Virus record (IMG/VR): IMGVR_UViG_3300008261_000001
Span: 1-64,000 of that record
DNA: 64,000 bases
Direction: 5' to 3' (one strand)
In this document: piece after piece, positions 46,567 through 54,433 of the stretch
How the letters are laid out: every line of letters starts with the position of its first letter
Numbering within the stretch: position 1 is the first letter of the stretch
Translations under genes and position numbers: made by a program
Notes under the pieces: generated by a model
What the model was told of the DNA's origin: nothing
The model's database searches: none
What the model saw: only the letters and a program-made list of their open reading frames with translations

Positions 46567-47674
46567 ACTTCGAGTGCCACACCGAGAGTGGGCAGTTGTC
46601 GTGGTCAGAACAACGGTTCTTGAACCCAGCGTACTCGTCTGAGTGGTTGCACTTCTCCTTGCAGTACACAAGGCACTTCACCACCCAACGACCCGTCTCG
46701 TCCAAACCACCCTCCCAAATCTTCTTCTGCTTCTCGCTCTCGAACTCCACAGCGGGCTTGGACAAGTCCACAATAACATAGTCCTTCTTAGCTGATGTGG
46801 TGATGATGAGGCGGTCAGCCTCTTTGTTCACCAAGTAGTTGCCCATTCCACCGTTCTTGAGCTTGATGGAGCAGGGGTTCAAGTCGAGCTTATTGAGATC
46901 GAGGGGTGCTTCTTCCTCCTCAGCCACCTCTACACCATCGTCAAATAGGGAGTCCAACACCGACTCGTCGATAGGCTCTATAGCCTCCTCATGGATAGGC
47001 TCAGGGATAACTTCCACAGCCTCAGCAATAACCTCAGGGATAATCTGAGCAGTAACCTCAGGGGTAGCCTCTACAGGCTCAGGGATAACCTCGGGGATAG
47101 CCTCAGGGATAGCCTCCACAGCCTCATGGATAACCTCGCTTCTCCACTCACGACCACGAGCGTCTACACCCACTCGCTCAAGGGTGATGGGGTCGATGTA
47201 AACCTCCACCTCACCATCGAGCATAGGGGCGAGGTCGATGACCTCATCTACCTCTACCTCTGTCTCAGAAGCTACCTCTGTCTCTACCTCGGGAGCTATC
47301 TGAGCAGGTACAATCTGCACCGTCTTCATGGTATGGGGGAGGAGCTTGACCTTAGGGGTCTTAGCTGTAGGGATCTTAGCTGTAGGGGCTTGCCACTCCC
47401 TATTGAGAGCTACCCGCTTATAAGCGGACTTAATCAAAGACCCCATCTTTATGTGGTCGTCCACCGCACGATTGAAGTCGAAGTAGATGGGGTTGTTATT
47501 TGGAGCTTTAGGATCGCTCCCATAGTCCATCTCGTCCTTACCCTCGCTACGAGCAAAAGCGATTCGAGCGTCTGCGATGAGACAATCCCCTCCGAGGGAG
47601 TCAACGATGTCCCTCATAGCGTTTCTCATACGGGAGCGGATTGAGTTAGGGTCACGAGGTCCACGAGGTGCCAT
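46556..47674 (-). CDS. 372-aa protein with acidic Glu/Pro/Ile repeat linker and Cys/His-rich C-terminus
   Basis: EAIPEAIPEVIPEP repeats; CLVYCKEKCNH...CSDHDNC; AAAGGA RBS. Confidence 0.8.
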   Translation of the reverse strand: MAPRGPRDPNSIRSRMRNAMRDIVDSLGGDCLIADARIAFARSEGKDEMDYGSDPKAPNNNPIYFDFNRAVDDHIKMGSLIKSAYKRVALNREWQAPTAKIPTAKTPKVKLLPHTMKTVQIVPAQIAPEVETEVASETEVEVDEVIDLAPMLDGEVEVYIDPITLERVGVDARGREWRSEVIHEAVEAIPEAIPEVIPEPVEATPEVTAQIIPEVIAEAVEVIPEPIHEEAIEPIDESVLDSLFDDGVEVAEEEEAPLDLNKLDLNPCSIKLKNGGMGNYLVNKEADRLIITTSAKKDYVIVDLSKPAVEFESEKQKKIWEGGLDETGRWVVKCLVYCKEKCNHSDEYAGFKNRCSDHDNCPLSVWHSKYVG

Positions 47675-47762
47675 AGGTCTTATCCTTTTCGTTTAATGGT
47701 TCGGTTAATCTCAGCGTCTGTATCTATCTAATATAGGATAACCTTTAGCGGTTATTTTCCAA

Positions 47763-47975
47763 TCAGCGGTTATTATTCCAATCAGCTATTCGCTTTCTCA
47801 CCTTCTCCACCTCCTCGATACCCTCCTCCTTGAGCGAGGCGAAGCGTGTTGAGCGTGAGCCGAAGCTAAAATCGGATACCTCGTCCTCCTCGCGGTCGGG
47901 GATAAACCCCAGCTCGTCCGCTAGGTGGTAAAGGTTCTTTCCGAACATCCCAAGTTCCGTGATGTGTACTGCCAT
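47763..47975 (-). CDS. Small hypothetical protein
   Basis: AAGGAG RBS. Confidence 0.65.
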   Translation of the reverse strand: MAVHITELGMFGKNLYHLADELGFIPDREEDEVSDFSFGSRSTRFASLKEEGIEEVEKVRKRIADWNNNR

Positions 47976-48000
47976 TGTCTCTCTCCTTCGTGAGTTAAGT

Positions 48001-48066
48001 GAGCTTAGGGGCTAAGTGAGCTTAGGGGCTAAGTGAGCTTAGGGGGCTAAGTGAGATTAGGGGCTA
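48001..48066. repeat. 17-bp tandem repeat GAGCTTAGGGGCTAAGT x~4
   Basis: Units at 48001, 48018, 48035 and 48053. Confidence 0.95.
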
Positions 48067-48078
48067 CCCCCCACTCTC

Positions 48079-48480
48079 TCACCCCTCCCACTCGGGATCC
48101 TCTGAGGGGTCGTACATATTGTGGCTCTCATAGGAGTGCCACATATCGTTCACAGCCTTCGTGACAGCTTCGTCCGACTCCATCATGACATCCACGAGGA
48201 GGTCACGAGGGCGGTTGGGGTCGAGGAGGTTCACACCCACCTCACGGCTCACACCGTTGGGACCGAGGGGGAGGTTCGTGTTGAGGGGGTCAAGACCCTT
48301 CTCTGTGCAAGCGAAGCACACATCGGTGCCAGTAGGGGCGGTCTTGCCGAGGTTCAAAAGCTCATGCCCCTTGCCACCGCAGTTGGTGCAGGCGTGGGGG
48401 TAGTGCCTCTCCATGAGGTCAGCGATGAGGTCGGGGTTGTTGCGGTCGAGGTTCTTGAGGTCGAGGTTCTTGAAGCTCAT
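48079..48480 (-). CDS. Zn-finger protein, paralog family B
   Basis: CTNCGGKG...CFAC...LDPLNTNL...LLDPNRP; AGGAG before ATG 48480. Confidence 0.8.
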   Translation of the reverse strand: MSFKNLDLKNLDRNNPDLIADLMERHYPHACTNCGGKGHELLNLGKTAPTGTDVCFACTEKGLDPLNTNLPLGPNGVSREVGVNLLDPNRPRDLLVDVMMESDEAVTKAVNDMWHSYESHNMYDPSEDPEWEG

Positions 48481-48535
48481 TGGATAACTCCTTAGTCTGT
48501 TGTGGTCTGTTGTGGTTCGTTCTGTCGCTACCCCT

Positions 48536-48564
48536 CTAATAAGGGGCTTTTGAGCTTGGGATAA
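48536..48564 (-). promoter_or_regulatory. Promoter-like cassette
   Basis: TTATCC-N17-TATTAG. Confidence 0.75.
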
Positions 48565-48605
48565 AAATCGGGGAAGTTTTTTGAGGGGTCTCTCACCCCT
48601 CACTA

Positions 48606-48809
48606 TCAGTTAAGGCTCTTGAAGCAGAAGGTGGCCATGTCGGTTGTGGGGTATGTAATGACATACCACCCCTGTGCGTTGAGAGCCTCCTTAGCCTTCT
48701 TGACCAAAGCGGGGGTCATGTTCTTCACAATCGCCTCTCTCTCGCTGACGAACTTCGCCTCGTTGGTGGGGAGGGCCTGCTTGAGGATCTTGATGATTCC
48801 GTAATCCAT
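48606..48809 (-). CDS. Small hypothetical protein
   Basis: AAGGAG RBS; degenerate cassette upstream (CATTAG at 48854). Confidence 0.7.
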   Translation of the reverse strand: MDYGIIKILKQALPTNEAKFVSEREAIVKNMTPALVKKAKEALNAQGWYVITYPTTDMATFCFKSLN

Positions 48810-48887
48810 GTGTAACTCCTTAGTAGGTTGTTCTGTCTCACGCTGTCCCCCTACTAATGAGGGGTGTTCTCTCTCGTCTAGGGGTTT

Positions 48888-49121
48888 TTACATCCCAGTG
48901 ATGAGCCACTCTCTGTCTTCCACAGAGAGGAAGGGGAGAGCCTTTTGGATAAGCTCCCCTGCACACCACACCTCAAGCCCCTTATGGAGCTTGTCCGCAT
49001 CCACACCCATCAGAGTTCGGGTCTCCCCATTAGGGGTAAAGGGACAACTACGAGTGATGGTGGTGCCGTTGAGGTTGAGGGTGATGGTGCCGAGAGGTCT
49101 CTTGTTCTTGAGCGTAAGCAT
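48888..49121 (-). CDS. Small hypothetical protein
   Basis: AAGGA RBS; LSVEDREWLITG end. Confidence 0.7.
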   Translation of the reverse strand: MLTLKNKRPLGTITLNLNGTTITRSCPFTPNGETRTLMGVDADKLHKGLEVWCAGELIQKALPFLSVEDREWLITGM

Positions 49122-49177
49122 CTTATTGTCCTTGTCTTGTGGTGGGGCTAGAGAGGGGGGCTAGAGTGAGGGCTAGT

Positions 49178-49471
49178 CTAGCCTATCTTCGTCCACTCGA
49201 TGGTCTTGGGTGTCTCGATAGACTCAAGACCGTCATACTCCTTGATGCGGTAGCGGTTCCCCGCTACCGAGGCAACGGACAACCTTGCGAAAGGACCCCA
49301 CGAAGCCCGCCCCATTTCCTCCACGACCGCTACAAGGTCAGCGTCATGGCGGGAGATGGAGAAGGGGTCGATGTCGTCCATGTTAACTCCCTTACGGGTG
49401 GCGAGGGCGGTGAGGGCGAGGTCGCTGAGATCGAAGCCGCCGTAGCAGATGTTGATGACAACCTTTTTCAT
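49178..49471 (-). CDS. Conserved-looking small phage protein (KVVINxCYGGF type)
   Basis: KKVVINICYGGFDLS...RHDADLV...IKEYDGLESI; AAGGAG RBS. Confidence 0.75.
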   Translation of the reverse strand: MKKVVINICYGGFDLSDLALTALATRKGVNMDDIDPFSISRHDADLVAVVEEMGRASWGPFARLSVASVAGNRYRIKEYDGLESIETPKTIEWTKIG

Positions 49472-49522
49472 AACGAAGCTCCTTGTTGGAGGCGGGGGGG
49501 GGATTCTCGTTCGGTTGCCCCA

Positions 49523-49551
49523 CTAATAAAGGGTCTTAGAGCTTGGGATAA
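49523..49551 (-). promoter_or_regulatory. Promoter-like cassette
   Basis: TTATCC-N17-TATTAG; divergent pair with 49626. Confidence 0.75.
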
Positions 49552-49625
49552 AAAATTAGGAAACTTTTTCTCCTCACCACTGACCCCTCCATAATGGAGG
49601 GGGGTATGAAAAACTTTCCATTTTC

Positions 49626-49654
49626 TTATCCCAAGTGTGGGGGACGATTATTAG
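49626..49654 (+). promoter_or_regulatory. Promoter-like cassette
   Basis: TTATCC-N17-TATTAG. Confidence 0.75.
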
Positions 49655-49708
49655 TGGGTGACAGCGATAGACAGAACAACCTAGAGCCTACAGAAAGGGC
49701 TTAGAGAC

Positions 49709-50026
49709 ATGATCATCTACAGCAACAGCAACCCGCTCTTTGAGCAGGTGAAGGACGCCCTCGACACCGTCCTCCTTCACGACTTGGACGAGGGGGTGTA
49801 CTTTAACTCCTTCTCTACATCAGTCGAGAAGGATAACCGAGAGGTCTACCTCACCCTCTCCTACGAGCCCAACATCGAGCAGATCCACCTTATCCTCAAG
49901 ACCATCAACAGCTTCGAGGGTGTGGGGGCAGATTTTATGCCCGCCACCTATAAGCTCACTTTGGTGCGAGGATTTGTATCCCCCACTTGGCTCACCTCAC
50001 CCACGATTCGGCTTTACATGAAGTAA
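49709..50026 (+). CDS. Small hypothetical protein, probable paralog of 39298..39648
   Basis: Shared LKT...GV.A...P..YK segment. Confidence 0.7.
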   Translation: MIIYSNSNPLFEQVKDALDTVLLHDLDEGVYFNSFSTSVEKDNREVYLTLSYEPNIEQIHLILKTINSFEGVGADFMPATYKLTLVRGFVSPTWLTSPTIRLYMK

Positions 50027-50088
50027 GCACCCCCTAAGCACCCCCTAGCACTAAGCTCCCACCTAGCCCCTAAGCTCCATATCCGCCT

Positions 50089-50589
50089 CTAGCGTGAGTC
50101 GCCACTACCCTTGATGACACCGCGTGAGGATCTATCCAATAGCTTCTCGATGTTCTTCTCAGCCACTTCGGATAAGCTCACATCTAGCTCGTCCGCTATA
50201 CGAGCTATGTACCAGAGAACATCACCCACCTCGGATAAGAAATCTTTCTTCCACTCCGTAGAAAGGTCAAAGGCGGACTGATCACGGATAACCTTCTTGA
50301 TCTTACCTGCGACTTCACCTGCTTCGGAAGCAAGACCCAAAGCTAAATAAGTGATGGCTTGGTCTTTTGGATAGATAGCTGTAAGCCTCGTGGACTCTTG
50401 ATACTCGTTAAGGCGGGCGTTGTAACACACAACTGCCCCCTTATCCTCTAGGTACTTATCAATAATCTTGTCGTTTTCCTCTTGAGAGCGTCCAGGTAAC
50501 CCAAATAGACGGTTCATGTCCCCACGGGTGACTATAATAGGAAGCTCTATGCCCCCTACACGCTCTATGTACTCGTATCTCTTCTGCAT
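50089..50589 (-). CDS. mazG: MazG-like nucleotide pyrophosphohydrolase
   Basis: LGLASEAGEVAGKIKK...EVGDVLWY...NIEKL; AGGAG before ATG 50589. Confidence 0.93.
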   Translation of the reverse strand: MQKRYEYIERVGGIELPIIVTRGDMNRLFGLPGRSQEENDKIIDKYLEDKGAVVCYNARLNEYQESTRLTAIYPKDQAITYLALGLASEAGEVAGKIKKVIRDQSAFDLSTEWKKDFLSEVGDVLWYIARIADELDVSLSEVAEKNIEKLLDRSSRGVIKGSGDSR

Positions 50590-50643
50590 AGACAAACTCC
50601 TTCTGTAAGTCTGTGTCTGTGTTCCTTGTAAAGAAGCATACCT

Positions 50644-50952
50644 TCAATAACTGAGCATACCCATTATCCCATTGATTACACCTCCTATAACAAACGCTAA
50701 CTTCAGCTTATCCAATGTCTTCACCTCCCCAACAAGCTCTTTAAAAATGGGGTTCTCCTTCACCAACTCCGCCACAACATCGTTCACTTCCTCTTGGGTC
50801 ACTAGAACCTCTTCGGTTAGTGCCTTATCCGCAAATAAGGCGTTGGACTGCACAAGTAGGTGTACCACCTGCGATGTCTTACGAATACACAACACATGGG
50901 TCACAACAGCACCCATGCTGAACAATAAAAACAAACCGATGCTCGGTGTCAT
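50644..50952 (-). CDS. Small membrane protein
   Basis: Hydrophobic N- and C-terminal segments. Confidence 0.65.
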   Translation of the reverse strand: MTPSIGLFLLFSMGAVVTHVLCIRKTSQVVHLLVQSNALFADKALTEEVLVTQEEVNDVVAELVKENPIFKELVGEVKTLDKLKLAFVIGGVINGIMGMLSY

Positions 50953-50968
50953 ATCCTATTTTTCCTTT

Positions 50969-51038
50969 GGGTTAGGGCTAGTGGGGGTTAGGGCTAGTGG
51001 GGGTTAGAGCTAGTGGGGGTTAGGGCTAGTGGGGCTAG
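50969..51038. repeat. 16-bp tandem repeat GGGTTAGGGCTAGTGG x4
   Basis: Units at 50969, 50985, 51001 and 51017. Confidence 0.95.
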
Positions 51039-51261
51039 TCGTCAACACAACACGATGGCTTTTTGTTAAATGAGATAAAAACTTTGAGGTTAGTTCTCCC
51101 CATACAAGGTAGTTCACGAAGGCACCCGCTGTGTCGTTGAAATCAACCTTACAGCCCACCACTACTGCGAGCTTCATTAGAGAAGCCTCGGTTTCTTTGT
51201 CTTGTGGGAAGATGACCTCTACAGCCTCTTTGCTTTTTATAAGAACCATCATAGACACCAT
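51010..51261 (-). CDS. Small hypothetical protein, paralog of 54816..55082
   Basis: EAVEVI...GCKVDF...YLVW...KFL...SH matches DALEVV...GCKLEY...YLVY...KFI...SH. Confidence 0.7.
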   Translation of the reverse strand: MVSMMVLIKSKEAVEVIFPQDKETEASLMKLAVVVGCKVDFNDTAGAFVNYLVWGELTSKFLSHLTKSHRVVLTTSPTSPNPH

Positions 51262-51287
51262 GTGTTATTCCCCCATAAGGACTTTGA

Positions 51288-51599
51288 ATGAAGAACACCA
51301 TCTTGCTAGATGGAAAACGAGTGTGGAACTTCGACCCCCAATGGGTCGAAACTCTATCTGTCGAAGTGCTTTATTACTTGGTCTCTGAGACCCTCGGTGA
51401 ACTAGGCTTTGAACGGCTAAATAAATGTGTGTACTACAAGGACGGCATAACTATCTTCTGTGACTCAGAGAAGAAGACCTATGAGGTCGATATAACCATC
51501 AACGGCAAGATGATCACCTCTCACAGCTTCATGCACTTATGGGAGTCTATCCGTACACATTGGATAGTCACCCATCGACTTAGAGAACCCTCCGCTTAG
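51288..51599 (+). CDS. Small protein, paralog family A
   Basis: DGKRVW, LGELGF, LWESIRTHW. Confidence 0.75.
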   Translation: MKNTILLDGKRVWNFDPQWVETLSVEVLYYLVSETLGELGFERLNKCVYYKDGITIFCDSEKKTYEVDITINGKMITSHSFMHLWESIRTHWIVTHRLREPSA

Positions 51600-51958
51600 A
51601 TAGAACCCTCCTCAGCCTCTTCGTAGAGGCTATCGAGCAACTCCACCGCCTCATTAATCTGATCTATAAGGAGCGTCTTTGGGCGGTCTGGGTCGAGGAG
51701 GTCAAAACCCGCTGTGGGGCTGATGTACCCCTCTCCGTCAGGGGTCATCTTGAGATTGATGTTCAAGGGGTCATAGCCCTTGTCATAGCAGTCCGCACAG
51801 GTGTGGATGTCCACACAAGCTGGCTCGTAATGCGTCTGAGAGAGGTGGCGGATCTCACCGCCACGACCGTTACAAGTAAGGCATCTGTGGATGTAAGCGT
51901 CTGCGTGAGCGAGCTTGAGGTTCTTGATGGTGTTCTTGGTGGTCTCGATGGGGGTCAT
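51596..51958 (-). CDS. Zn-finger protein, paralog family B
   Basis: CLTCNGRGG, CADC, YDPLNINL, ISPTAGFDLLD. Confidence 0.8.
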   Translation of the reverse strand: MTPIETTKNTIKNLKLAHADAYIHRCLTCNGRGGEIRHLSQTHYEPACVDIHTCADCYDKGYDPLNINLKMTPDGEGYISPTAGFDLLDPDRPKTLLIDQINEAVELLDSLYEEAEEGSI

Positions 51959-51997
51959 GTGCGTCTCCTAGTGTGTCTCTATCTTGGTTGCCCCTCC

Positions 51998-52026
51998 CTA
52001 ATAGCCGAGCTTCGGACTTGGGATAA
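51998..52026 (-). promoter_or_regulatory. Promoter-like cassette
   Basis: TTATCC-N17-TATTAG; extended identity to the 38277 and 39234 copies. Confidence 0.75.
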
Positions 52027-52071
52027 CAAAATGGAAAGTTTTTTTGGAGTTAGAGAAATCTAGACACCACC

Positions 52072-52181
52072 ACCTAGATTTCTACCTAGATTTCTACCCC
52101 CCACCCACCTCCCACCTCTGCCCTCTCCCTTAACCTCTGCCCTCTCCCTTAACCTCTGCCCCCTCCCCCCCACCTCTGCCC
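52072..52181. repeat. C-rich intergenic repeats (ACCTAGATTTCT x2; ACCTCTGCCCTCTCCCTTA x2+)
   Basis: Direct repeats read from sequence. Confidence 0.85.
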
Positions 52182-52418
52182 TTAGTAGGGGAGGGACTGC
52201 CACCCCTTACCCACCTTCACCACATTTCCCACGAGGCCACGGAAGTGGGGGTTAGCGGGGAGTCCGAGGGGCAAGCCGTCCTCGTTGGCGAGGGTGGTGA
52301 TGCCTTTGACCTTCTCCACAATCTGCACATCGCCACCCACGGCTCTCTGAAGGTCGGTGAAGCTGTTAACCTCGATGTCGAGGATGTCTCCGTTGGTCTT
52401 GAACACTTGTGCCTTCAT
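52182..52418 (-). CDS. DUF3846-like small phage protein
   Basis: DLQRAVGGDVQIV...NEDGL..GLPAN...LVGNVV. Confidence 0.7.
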   Translation of the reverse strand: MKAQVFKTNGDILDIEVNSFTDLQRAVGGDVQIVEKVKGITTLANEDGLPLGLPANPHFRGLVGNVVKVGKGWQSLPY

Positions 52419-52467
52419 GGGCAATCTCCGTATGTGTTGGTTGGGTGTCTCTCTCGCTGTCCCCCTA

Positions 52468-52496
52468 CTAATAAGGGGGATTGGGACTTGGGATAA
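52468..52496 (-). promoter_or_regulatory. Promoter-like cassette
   Basis: TTATCC-N17-TATTAG. Confidence 0.75.
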
Positions 52497-52555
52497 TCTT
52501 TTGAGAATATTTTTTTGGGGGGGTGTAGAAATCTTGCCCTAGAAATCTAGCCCAA

Positions 52556-52876
52556 CTAGCTAGACCGCGTACCTTGCTTGCGTCTGGGGATGCCCAATAG
52601 CTTCATGTGTTTCCACACCGTACACACACTGCAACCTAGTGAGTCAGCTATATATTGGATAGTTCTACCTTCCTCTACATACAGCTTATTGAGAACCACT
52701 ATCCAATCCACATCATAGGTTCTATCCTTTACGCCTATGCCGAGCTTCTTTTTGGCGTAGCTGATAGAAGAGAACCCATACTTCGCCTCGACCTCTACAT
52801 TGGTCATACCACTATTCAGATCAGCTATGAACTCGTCTAGCTGAGAGGGTTCTAAGAACCTCGGTTTATAGCTCAT
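52556..52876 (-). CDS. Small two-HTH DNA-binding protein
   Basis: MTNVEVEAKYG; LYVEEGRTIQYIADSLGCSVCTVWKHM. Confidence 0.75.
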   Translation of the reverse strand: MSYKPRFLEPSQLDEFIADLNSGMTNVEVEAKYGFSSISYAKKKLGIGVKDRTYDVDWIVVLNKLYVEEGRTIQYIADSLGCSVCTVWKHMKLLGIPRRKQGTRSS

Positions 52877-52907
52877 GTTTAGCACCCATTTCTTAAATAC
52901 GGAAAGT

Positions 52908-52936
52908 TTATCCCAACCCTCAGAACCCCTTATTAG
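52908..52936 (+). promoter_or_regulatory. Promoter-like cassette
   Basis: TTATCC-N17-TATTAG. Confidence 0.75.
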
Positions 52937-52972
52937 TAGGGGGCAGAGCCCCACCTAAGCAAGGAGAACCCT

Positions 52973-53284
52973 ATGAACAGCTTCAACAGCAACAGCTTTG
53001 TTACCATCAGCACCATCCTCACCAATAACAACACGCAGGACGACACCCTCTTGATGGTGAAGGAGTGGGCGGAGCTTATGCTCCTCCTCACGGGAGAGTG
53101 TCCTAACTATACGCCCACCCTCACCCATCTCCCCACCGCCTATGTGGAGGTGGGGAAGTTGCTCGATGAGCAACAAGCCCATCAGCTTGCCTTGTGGAAG
53201 GAGGAGGAGGCTTCTAATAAGGAAGCCTTGTGGCTTGAGGAGGTGGAGAACCGCCTAGAAGCTGGCGAGCGTGTGAGCTTCTAA
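52973..53284 (+). CDS. Small hypothetical protein
   Basis: AAGGAG RBS after cassette. Confidence 0.7.
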   Translation: MNSFNSNSFVTISTILTNNNTQDDTLLMVKEWAELMLLLTGECPNYTPTLTHLPTAYVEVGKLLDEQQAHQLALWKEEEASNKEALWLEEVENRLEAGERVSF

Positions 53285-53319
53285 CCCAACCCCATTCACA
53301 ACACAAGAAAGGTAGACAC

Positions 53320-53634
53320 ATGGCGATATACAGCTTCTTGACCGAAGAAGGAAAGAGGGAGTGGACAGCCCACGCCACCTCATGCTTTTGGTTCGACAAC
53401 ACGGAGGACGGAAAGAGGGCGAATCTAGAGCTTGCCTTCAACGCTCTGATAGAGGCTGGGTTCAACGCCCAAAATGGTCTATTGGTTAAGGGGGGTATGT
53501 CCATCAAGCTGTCCGACTATGGGCTACAAATAAATACGGCTGGTGGTACGGCAGGTAGAAAGCTGAACATTTCCACCATGTGGAAGGACATAAGGGATGC
53601 TTGGGACTTATTGATGCCTCCCCCTAAGGGTTAG
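53320..53634 (+). CDS. Small protein, paralog family A
   Basis: EGKREW, LIEAGF, MWKDIRDAW. Confidence 0.75.
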   Translation: MAIYSFLTEEGKREWTAHATSCFWFDNTEDGKRANLELAFNALIEAGFNAQNGLLVKGGMSIKLSDYGLQINTAGGTAGRKLNISTMWKDIRDAWDLLMPPPKG

Positions 53635-53695
53635 GGGGGTTAAGGGCTAGAGGGTAAGGGGCTAGTGGGTAAGGGGCTAGAGGGTAAGGCTAGAG
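53628..53695. repeat. About 15-bp G-rich tandem repeat GGGTAAGGGGCTAG(A/T) x~4
   Basis: Between convergent stop codons. Confidence 0.9.
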
Positions 53696-54366
53696 ATGAA
53701 GGCGTTCATCTGAGAGACTGCATCTTCGGATAACAGATACTCCCTAGCATAGACGCTATCGCTCTGATCTTGTCGATTGGATAAATCATCTCCGACTTCG
53801 CTTTTAAGGTTGGAGGTCTTTTGCCAAACAAACCGAGAGTCCACCGAGGTCTCAAAGCCTATCCAAGAGAACATCTCTAGTAGGTGAGAAGAGACTTGTT
53901 GAGCATGAGCGTTATGCCCAGAGACGATTACACCGCACTTCTTTCCGTCTAAGGGGTTTTGTTCTCCATAGACGGATTTCCTATTCTCTAGGGTGTTGAG
54001 TCGCTCGATGATTTTTTGCAGTAGTGCCGAGTGGGATCCCCAACGAACGCTTGTGGAGAACAACACCGCGTCCGCCCAAGCGATGCCGTCATAAATAACG
54101 GGCATTTCATCTACTCCCCCATAAGCCTTTGGGTTTTCAGCGGAGAGCTTATGAGCCCAACAGCGATATTGACCTGCATCGAACGAAGCACAGTTGAACT
54201 TTCCGTCCGCATAACAGCTTAGGTTATCCACAATGTGGAGGTCGTTTGCGTTGATGTATCTTATCTCATGCCCTAGAGCTTTAAGCTCTTGTAAGGCGTA
54301 GGACAAGAAAGCACGGCTAGTAGATTTCTTAGCGTGTGTGGTCGTACTGATAGCTAGGATGTTCAT
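53677..54366 (-). CDS. Flavodoxin-fold NAD(P)H-dependent FMN reductase / iron-sulfur flavoprotein-like
   Basis: ILAISTT, Cys cluster CY...C...CW, DEMPVIY...ADAVLFSTSVRWGSHSALLQKIIERL, GKKCGVIVSG. Confidence 0.88.
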   Translation of the reverse strand: MNILAISTTTHAKKSTSRAFLSYALQELKALGHEIRYINANDLHIVDNLSCYADGKFNCASFDAGQYRCWAHKLSAENPKAYGGVDEMPVIYDGIAWADAVLFSTSVRWGSHSALLQKIIERLNTLENRKSVYGEQNPLDGKKCGVIVSGHNAHAQQVSSHLLEMFSWIGFETSVDSRFVWQKTSNLKSEVGDDLSNRQDQSDSVYAREYLLSEDAVSQMNAFISSLTL

Positions 54367-54433
54367 GTGAAGCTCTCTAGGTGGGGGGGTTCTCTATACT
54401 TAGGCTATACTAGCACGAAATGGAAATCCCTAT

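Noticed and set aside
47701-47760. Possible extra promoter cassette upstream of 46556..47674
   Set aside because: TATTAG and TTATCC are both present but only 2 nt apart, which does not fit the 16-18-nt geometry
50969-51038. True telomere or eukaryotic origin of TTAGGG repeats
   Set aside because: Internal, about 70 bp, overlapping a gene, in a genome with Shine-Dalgarno sites and tail genes
54224-54232. DnaA-box reading of the TTATCC motif
   Set aside because: Perfect TTATCCACA was seen only a few times (54224; reverse at about 17207 and 29128), inside genes and not at the islands; the enriched word ends in AA. Weak DnaA binding is not excluded
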